Of a stretch of DNA of 64,000 nucleotides, positions 57,713-64,000 are shown in pieces. The position numbers and the translations under genes are program-made. The stretch covers positions 28,829 to 92,828 of the forward strand of contig JBJKRJ010000048.1 in NCBI GenBank assembly GCA_046704665.1, in the 5' to 3' direction. The DNA is from Thermoplasmata archaeon (GTDB lineage Archaea; Thermoplasmatota; Thermoplasmata; Lutacidiplasmatales; UBA184). How positions within the stretch are numbered: the first letter of the stretch is position 1; the number at the start of each line of letters is the position of its first letter. Below the pieces are notes generated by a model. The model saw only the letters and a program-made list of their open reading frames with translations. It made no database searches and was not told where the DNA came from.

Positions 57713-58995
57713 GAACCGGGGTCGGGCTCTCGCAGTATCTCAAGTACTCGGCGACGCAACCGGTCCGCCTCGGGGCCCGGGGGAAGCGCACGCAGCTCCT
57801 CCGTGGGGCCCGACAGGAGCCGACGGACCAGGCGGTCCGAGAGTCGCTCCATCGCCACCCGTGCCTCCTCCGAGAGCTCCCCCGCATGGGCCAGCGCCCG
57901 CACGAGCTCCTCCCGACGGACCTCGTCGCCACGGCGTCGGAGGTCCGTGACCCACGGCTCGACCGCCTCCCGGGCGAACTGCGCCGCGCTTTCCGAGGAC
58001 GAGGCGTCCGCGGCGCGACGGATCGCGTCGAGCCGGTGCTCGGGTAGCCGGCCCCGCGGGAGCCCGTCGAGGTCGACGAGCTCCGCGCCGGGCCGCCGAC
58101 CGACCCGCGGATCGATGTTCCGGGGCACTCCCAGGTCCACGAACCAGCGGGGGCCACGGTACGGGTCGGCCGGCAGCTCTGCCATCCCGAGAACCCGTCC
58201 GGTCGACTTCGCCGCCGTGACCACCGCGCTCGCCTCCGCGAGGGCTTGGACCATCGCCTCCGAGGGGAGGACGCTGAGATGCCACTGCTCGGTCCACTGG
58301 GGGTCGGGGGGCCGGTGGCGGTACAGCACCGTGACCTCGGCGATCTCCGCGACCCTCTCGGCGACCTTGCGTCCGACCGTTCCCGAGCCCACGACGAGGA
58401 CCCGGTGAGGGCCCCCGGTGAGACGAGGTCCCAGCCACTGAACGGCCAGGTCGGCCACCGAGGTCGTCTCGCCACCATCGGTCCGGGGCGGGCTCCGGGC
58501 CGCTGCGAGAAGGAGCGGACGGAGGATCGGGCGGGGGCTGCGGCTCATCACGTTCGAGGCAGCGGACCGCACCTGCTCGCGGATCTCCCGCTCGCCCGAA
58601 GCGATGGAGTCGAGGCCGGAGGAGATCCGGTGGAGGTGGTAGACGACGTCCGCGTCCTCCCGAATCTCCCACGTCCCCGGAGGACCCCATCGCCCCGTGA
58701 AGCGCGCGGCCGCGTCGTGACCCTGCGTCACGACGAGGAGGAGGACCCTTTGGCAGGTACGGAGCAGTGCGGTCTCGAGCACGCGCGGGTCGGAGTCGAA
58801 CTCGTGACGGGCCCGTTCGGGGGTGACCTCCGCAAGGCTCTCCTCGAGCCCGGCAACCCCCAGGCGGGAAAGCCGCCGTTCCAGCGCTACCAAGGAGATC
58901 CGCTCGACCGGTCTCCCCCGGGGCCGGACGGGCTCGGGGCGCGGACCGGGGGCAGGCTGGGAGGCGACCCGGAGCTCCGCCCCACTCCCCGACAT
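57709..58995 (-). CDS. hemA: Glutamyl-tRNA reductase (divergent)
   Basis: TCQR, SGLDSIASGEREI, VVGSGTVG, VDLGVPRNID. Confidence 0.85.
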   Translation of the reverse strand: MSGSGAELRVASQPAPGPRPEPVRPRGRPVERISLVALERRLSRLGVAGLEESLAEVTPERARHEFDSDPRVLETALLRTCQRVLLLVVTQGHDAAARFTGRWGPPGTWEIREDADVVYHLHRISSGLDSIASGEREIREQVRSAASNVMSRSPRPILRPLLLAAARSPPRTDGGETTSVADLAVQWLGPRLTGGPHRVLVVGSGTVGRKVAERVAEIAEVTVLYRHRPPDPQWTEQWHLSVLPSEAMVQALAEASAVVTAAKSTGRVLGMAELPADPYRGPRWFVDLGVPRNIDPRVGRRPGAELVDLDGLPRGRLPEHRLDAIRRAADASSSESAAQFAREAVEPWVTDLRRRGDEVRREELVRALAHAGELSEEARVAMERLSDRLVRRLLSGPTEELRALPPGPEADRLRRRVLEILREPDPGS

Positions 58996-59324
58996 GACCG
59001 AGCGTTGGAGGGCGAACGCCCTTTATTCGGTCCAGTACGAACCGACCGCCCGGTGGGAGGACTACCTTTGGCCCCTCCCTCGGAGACCACGGCGGCCGCG
59101 CGCAGCTCCTTCCATCACAAGCTCTCTCCTGCTCCGGGAGACCTCGGGAACGGTCGGTGCCGAGACCCCTCGGAACGGCCGTCGCAGTCGTTCCCACGGG
59201 GCGCACACGTCTACGGAAGGCTCCCCGAGCCCCCGCACACGTTCGTCAACCGATGGATGGGACGTACGTCGTGATATCGTATGGCACGCGGTGTTCGCGC
59301 CCCTCGCGATCGCGAAAGGCTAAG

Positions 59325-59345
59325 TACTCGATATTTTACCGACTA
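59325..59345. promoter_or_regulatory. Putative MarR operator
   Basis: Imperfect 9-3-9 palindrome TACTCGATA-TTT-TACCGACTA upstream of the MFS-marR pair. Confidence 0.45.
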
Positions 59346-59452
59346 AAGCAATTCGACATTCATGATCGCGGTCCCCGTTTCCGAGTCCCGTCGCGCACGT
59401 CGTCCGCTGGGCGATCGGGGTAGGAACGCTCCCTACGAGAACCGGTGAGAGC

Positions 59453-61054
59453 GTGACCTCCTCTTCTTCCGCATCCGGGGCCGGTCGCGCTGTCCCCGGG
59501 GCCCCGGGATTCACTCCCGACACGGAGTTCGATCGATCGTACGCGACCCGCGTGATGATCCTGCTGGCGAGCGTGATCACCCTCGTCCTCTACATCGAAG
59601 GGATGCTCACGCCGTCCCTCCCGCAGATCCAGTCGGACTTTTCGATCACGACCGGCGAGGCGAGCCTGATCCTGTCCTCCTACATCATCACCGGGGTCGC
59701 GCTCAGTCCGGTCGTCGGCAAGCTCGGGGACATCTATGGGAAGAAGAAGCTCCTCGGGATCGTCATTTCGATCTACGCGGTGTGCGTATCGGTCACGGGC
59801 TTTTCTCCGAACTACACGTTCATGGTGAGCGCGCGCGCCTTCCAGGGGATCGGGCTCACGATCTTCCCCCTGGGGATGAGCCTCGTCCGGGAGGAGTTCC
59901 CCCGGGACATGATCCCGAAAGCGCAGGGGATCCTGAGCGCGATGTTCGGCGCGGGCTTCGCCATCAGCCTTCCCCTCGGCGCCTGGGTCTCGAACAACTA
60001 CGGGTGGAGAACGACGTACCACTCGGCGATCCCGTTCGTCATCGTCCTCGCGCTGCTGACGTTCCTCATCATCCGCGAGTCCCGGTTCCGACGCCCCGAG
60101 ACCCGGGTCGATTACCTTGGGGCGTCCCTGCTCGGCGGCTCGCTGGCCGCGTTCGTTCTCGCGCTGTCCGAAGGTTCGAACTGGGGATGGCTCTCCGGCG
60201 GCACACTCGCGCTCGTCGCGCTCGGGGGAGTCCTTCTGGTCCCGCTCGTCGTCTACGAGCTCAAGTTCCACGCCGCGGGGGGCGAGGCGATCCTCGACTT
60301 CCGTCTCTTGCGGGAGCGCAACGTGCTGGTGACGAACGTCCTCGGCACGGTGGCCGGGCTCGGTATGTACCTCGCGTTGCTCTCGATGGTGTTCCTCTTC
60401 GAGGACCCGAAGGTCTTCGGGGGCTACCAGCTGTCGACCTTCCAGGCCGGGCTCTACCTGGTGCCCCTCGCCGTCGGCATGCTGATCTTCGGCGCGGTCG
60501 CGGGATTCGTCGTCTCGCGGATCGGAGCGAGAACGATGACCGCCATCGGCTCCGGCGTCACTGCGGTGGCGTTCCTGCTCGCGATCCCCGTCCACCCCCT
60601 CACCACCCTGCTGATCGTCGAATTCTTCATCGGTGCCGGGATCGGGATGGTGAACGCGGGGATGATCAACCTCCTCGTGCTCACGGTCGATCCCCGGGAC
60701 ATGGGCCTCGCGACGTCGCTCATGTCGGTGTTCCGCAACATCGGGAGCGCGGTCGGGGCCCCGCTCTCCGGATCCCTCCTCACCACGCTCACCCTCACCG
60801 TGGTCCTTCCCGGCCTGGGGGCGAAGGTCGGCCCCTCCTTCGTCGCGTTCCAGTGGTCGTTCGCGATCGCGGCGGTCTGTTTCGCGTTCGCGGGCGGGTT
60901 CGTGATCCTGGGTCGGGAGGTTCTCGGGCGCCACGCCGTACCGGAACCGGCTCCGGCCGGATCTGCCGTGCCCGGACCCCCGCTCCCTTCGATGGACGCC
61001 GAGCCCGAGACGGTCCTGGCGTCCCCGACGACCGACGGGGGCCCTCGGGACTGA
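59453..61054 (+). CDS. MFS drug:H+ antiporter (DHA2-like)
   Basis: GKLGDIYGKKK, ARAFQGIG, YGWR; about 14 TM helices. Confidence 0.88.
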   Translation: MTSSSSASGAGRAVPGAPGFTPDTEFDRSYATRVMILLASVITLVLYIEGMLTPSLPQIQSDFSITTGEASLILSSYIITGVALSPVVGKLGDIYGKKKLLGIVISIYAVCVSVTGFSPNYTFMVSARAFQGIGLTIFPLGMSLVREEFPRDMIPKAQGILSAMFGAGFAISLPLGAWVSNNYGWRTTYHSAIPFVIVLALLTFLIIRESRFRRPETRVDYLGASLLGGSLAAFVLALSEGSNWGWLSGGTLALVALGGVLLVPLVVYELKFHAAGGEAILDFRLLRERNVLVTNVLGTVAGLGMYLALLSMVFLFEDPKVFGGYQLSTFQAGLYLVPLAVGMLIFGAVAGFVVSRIGARTMTAIGSGVTAVAFLLAIPVHPLTTLLIVEFFIGAGIGMVNAGMINLLVLTVDPRDMGLATSLMSVFRNIGSAVGAPLSGSLLTTLTLTVVLPGLGAKVGPSFVAFQWSFAIAAVCFAFAGGFVILGREVLGRHAVPEPAPAGSAVPGPPLPSMDAEPETVLASPTTDGGPRD

Positions 61055-61064
61055 GCGGACCTCC

Positions 61065-61571
61065 ATGCCGAAGTCCACGCACGGGGACCGCGGCTGTTCG
61101 GGCGGCGAGCTCGAGGCGGCCTTCATGGAGTTCTTCCAGATGATGCGCGCCCGGTTCCGTCACGAGGCCGAATCGGTCGGTCTCTCGATGCCGAAAGCGT
61201 TCCTGTTGCGTCACATCGTGGAACGAGGGGAGGTCGCTCCGGGAGCGGTCGCTCGCGAGGCGGGGGTGACTCCCGCCGCGATCACCTTCCTCGTGCAGGA
61301 TCTCGTGTCGGAGGGGTACCTTCGACGATCGCGTTCGGCGACCGACTCGCGGCGGGCGGTCCTCACCGCGACCCCGGCCGGCCGGGCCCTGCTGGGCCGG
61401 CTGAACCGGAAGACCCGATGGATCACTCGGTTCGTAGAGCAGGAGCTCGGACAGGAGGACCTCGCTGCGTTCGTTCGCACGCTGCGCCGCCTTACGGTCT
61501 CTGTCTCCGCGACGACCGAACGGCGGAGGGCACGGCCTCGTGCGGGCCGTGCGTCGACGCTCGGTCCGTAG
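61065..61571 (+). CDS. MarR family regulator
   Basis: VTPAAITFLVQDL, DSRR..LTATPAG. Confidence 0.88.
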   Translation: MPKSTHGDRGCSGGELEAAFMEFFQMMRARFRHEAESVGLSMPKAFLLRHIVERGEVAPGAVAREAGVTPAAITFLVQDLVSEGYLRRSRSATDSRRAVLTATPAGRALLGRLNRKTRWITRFVEQELGQEDLAAFVRTLRRLTVSVSATTERRRARPRAGRASTLGP

Positions 61572-61740
61572 TCGGCCGGATCCCACTCCCCCATCCGACC
61601 CCGGGCGCCGTACCCGTGGCATCGGGGCCCCACCCTCGTTCCGCCGCGTTCGGGTATCGACGGCCGGCGAAGGATTCGACGCGGCTTTGCGGGGTGTCGA
61701 CGACCGGCCGACGCGGCTCCCGGCCCGGGGGGTCCCCCGT

Positions 61741-62334
61741 TCAGGTGCGGTAGATCCGGACGTCTCCGTCCCGGGGGGGCGGGTGCAGCTTCCCGCGACT
61801 GGTCACATGGTTGTTCGGGGTCCATCCGGTCCACCGACGGAGCACCCGTACATGGACCGGGAGCCGCACGCCGCGAAAACGTCGGCGGTACAGGTCGAGC
61901 GTCATGACGTGCTCCTCGAACGTGACGTTCTCGTTGTAGCCACCGATCTTCTCGAAGACCTGCCGGCGCACGGCCGCGAAACCCGACATGAACATCTTGT
62001 AGCGGAAGACGCCCGTCAGGACATTGAGCAGCGTGCTCTCGATGCGCATCATCAGCACGTTCACCTCCGGGCTGGGCCAGTAGGTGGAGGCGATCGCGAA
62101 ATCCCAGTCCCAGGTCAGCCACTCGTCCCAGTTCCAGCGGGTCTCGAGCCGCACGTCATCGTCGACGAAGACGAACACCTCGCCCGAGGCAGCCGCCGCC
62201 CCGACGTTCCGTGCATGACCCGCTCCCCCCGGCACCGAAACGACGACGAGCTCATGGCCGGGAGGGAGCATTCCCTTGATCCGCTCGACGGTGCCGGAAT
62301 CGGGGTGCCGTGCCGGCGTGATGAACGAAAGCAA
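61741..62334 (-). CDS. Glycosyltransferase family 2
   Basis: LSFITPA, ARNVG, FVDDD, IGGYNE. Confidence 0.8.
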   Translation of the reverse strand: MLSFITPARHPDSGTVERIKGMLPPGHELVVVSVPGGAGHARNVGAAAASGEVFVFVDDDVRLETRWNWDEWLTWDWDFAIASTYWPSPEVNVLMMRIESTLLNVLTGVFRYKMFMSGFAAVRRQVFEKIGGYNENVTFEEHVMTLDLYRRRFRGVRLPVHVRVLRRWTGWTPNNHVTSRGKLHPPPRDGDVRIYRT

Positions 62335-62580
62335 GGCAACTCACCGTTCGAAGGACCTTCTGCGCGTAGGGAGCCGGGGGAGCTCACCTTCCCCGCCAAT
62401 AAAACGTGCGGTGGGGGTGCGAGGGGCCCCGCGCCCACGGCGTGCGGCCCTCGAAGGCGCATCGGTATCCGAACGGGGAAATACTCCCACGCGCTCGCAC
62501 GACCGGCTGTGGGGTCAGCCGGGTCCCGCCCGACACGGGATCGAACCGCAGCGCGCTGCCAATGACCCCTGGGGGAGAGG

Positions 62581-63090
62581 ATGCCCAGGGAGAACAGCCC
62601 CGAAGCCGTCGGGACGCGGGCGACCGCACCGCGACCGGGTCCCCGGACCTCGGTGATCGAGGTCTCCGAGGAACTGAAGGAAGCGCTGCGTCCGTGGGTG
62701 AACGTCGATGAGGTCGGCTCCGACGCGTTCTGCGTTTGGCTCCGTTCCGTCCTTCCCCTGATCTCTCCCGCGCGCACGGACCGCCGGGGAAGGCCCTCGT
62801 CCGACCTCGAGGGACGGGTGAGGGAGCTGGCGGCGGCCCTGGCGGAGTGTTCGGGGGATCGCGCCAGGACCCATTTTCAGGCCGCCCAGTACTATCGGGA
62901 GAACCAGGTGCTGGCCCGTCGGGTGAAAGCGCTCGAGGCGGCGCTCAAGGTCGCAGGTCCGAGCGCTCCGACCGACACGTCGGGGGAACCCGAGGCCGAG
63001 ACAGAGGAGGCAAGCCGACGGTACCTCCCTCCCGAGCTTCCTTCGGGACCCCGGCCCGGGAGAGGCTCCGGATCCTCCCATCGTCGATAG
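62581..63090 (+). CDS. Hypothetical protein with coiled-coil segment
   Basis: SD GGAGAGG; helical RENQVLARRVKALEAALK. Confidence 0.6.
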   Translation: MPRENSPEAVGTRATAPRPGPRTSVIEVSEELKEALRPWVNVDEVGSDAFCVWLRSVLPLISPARTDRRGRPSSDLEGRVRELAAALAECSGDRARTHFQAAQYYRENQVLARRVKALEAALKVAGPSAPTDTSGEPEAETEEASRRYLPPELPSGPRPGRGSGSSHRR

Positions 63091-63233
63091 GACACCCCCC
63101 TCGGGGGATCCCCTCTCCGGCAGTTCCGCTCCGCTCGTGGGGAGCCTTTCCGTCCCGGCCTCAGCGGCGCTTCTCGGCGACCCCGGAAGGGGGCCGAGAC
63201 GAACTATTGTGCCTGCGCGACTCTGCTTTCCCT

Positions 63234-63593
63234 ATGGGGCAATTGTCGGACGCCTTGATCTCCGCGGGACGACAGCTCGAGGCTCGCCTCCAGTCCCATG
63301 GTGCCGAGATGGCGAAGGACGGTCTCGAGCCAACGCTCCCCCAGTCGTGGAGATTCGAGACGGAGGCGGAGTCCGCCGTGCTCCGTCTGGACACGGAAGG
63401 TCACGTCTCGGTGGGCCCGGATATCATCGAACCCCCGGCCGTGATCGTCACCTGGACTCAGGCGGCCCTGGTCGAGGCGTTGCTCTCGGGACGGAGCAAC
63501 GAGCGACCCCGGGACCCTCCGCCCGTGATCCGTTTCACGTCGGACGCCGGTCGCAAGGCGTTCAGCATGCTCGGGACCAGCCTGAACCTGTAG
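63234..63593 (+). CDS. Hypothetical protein, possibly SCP2-like fold
   Basis: Beta-rich core WRFET..AVLRL..GHVSVG...PAVIVT. Confidence 0.5.
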   Translation: MGQLSDALISAGRQLEARLQSHGAEMAKDGLEPTLPQSWRFETEAESAVLRLDTEGHVSVGPDIIEPPAVIVTWTQAALVEALLSGRSNERPRDPPPVIRFTSDAGRKAFSMLGTSLNL

Positions 63594-63782
63594 GGGGGAC
63601 GGGTCCACCCCCGATCGGACCGGTCGAGATATACGCCGCACTCCGCCACGGCCCGGGTGAGGCCCTCGACTTCTCCGGCGGACAAGGGCCGAGTTCACGG
63701 AACCGGACTGTGGGCCCGGAGGGGCTCGCGGCTCCCCGGGTGGCCCGACTCCGTAGCGCGCTCGATCCGGCGACGGCCGAGC

Positions 63783-64000
63783 TCAGTAGCGCGGGCCCCG
63801 TCGACCGGGCCGATCGCGTCGACGCCCCTGGGTCCGGAAGGGCGGTCGGGGGGGAGGACGCGAGGGGCCGGGGTGCGCCGGCCGGGGCGCGCCGTACGGG
63901 AAGTCCGGGATCCGCGTTCGGGAGATCTTCATCCCGAGCAGCTTTTCGATCTGGGCGAGGTCCGCCTCCTCCTCGGGGGCGACCAGGGTGAACGCGTCTC
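63783..64000 (-). CDS. C-terminus of a DEAD-box RNA helicase (gene starts beyond the window)
   Basis: DAFTLVAPEEEADLAQIEKLLG followed by an Arg/Gly/Pro-rich tail; TGA at 63785-63783. Confidence 0.7.
   Translation of the reverse strand, partial: DAFTLVAPEEEADLAQIEKLLGMKISRTRIPDFPYGAPRPAHPGPSRPPPRPPFRTQGRRRDRPGRRGPRY

Noticed and set aside
1..64000. Many long overlapping Arg/Pro/Gly-rich ORFs; CRISPR arrays; IS elements
   Set aside because: Shadow ORFs are expected at this GC content and lack motifs; no repeat-spacer array or transposase was seen by eye.

Overview
High-GC (about 70% by eye) archaeal chromosomal segment. Archaeal markers are a fibrillarin-like methyltransferase, a tRNA with a bulge-helix-bulge (BHB) intron, an Hps-RraA fusion, and short AT-rich TATA islands about 25 nt before many starts. 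Assignment to Thermoplasmata is inference. Housekeeping and metabolic content: amine-metabolism genes, pstSCAB-phoU, tRNA-Glu(UUC), truA, hps, fibrillarin, ribA, an arsR-arsM-arsC-acr3 operon, a metal-homeostasis cluster (VIT1, Nramp-like, ZIP, HTH-ferritin fusion, NiCoT-like, DtxR) and a hemA-C-D-B-chdC-L-E heme operon. The most striking element is a compact 6-gene operon at 18742-25402 (minus strand). It encodes a PKD-repeat surface protein with a cytoplasmic winged-HTH tail, a VirB2-like pilin, a VirB6-like membrane protein, a PrgI/TraC-N-like protein, a small membrane protein and a VirB4-like ATPase. No relaxase, coupling protein or integrase is recognisable, and it sits among core genes. 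It is a candidate domesticated T4SS-like DNA-exchange system, analogous to crenarchaeal Ced/Ted but apparently in another lineage. Other oddities: a tRNA-Glu with C33 instead of U33, a truA that seems to need an ATC start, a fused HTH-diiron regulator, and a tandem SH3 protein. All calls come from reading motifs by eye; no searches were run.
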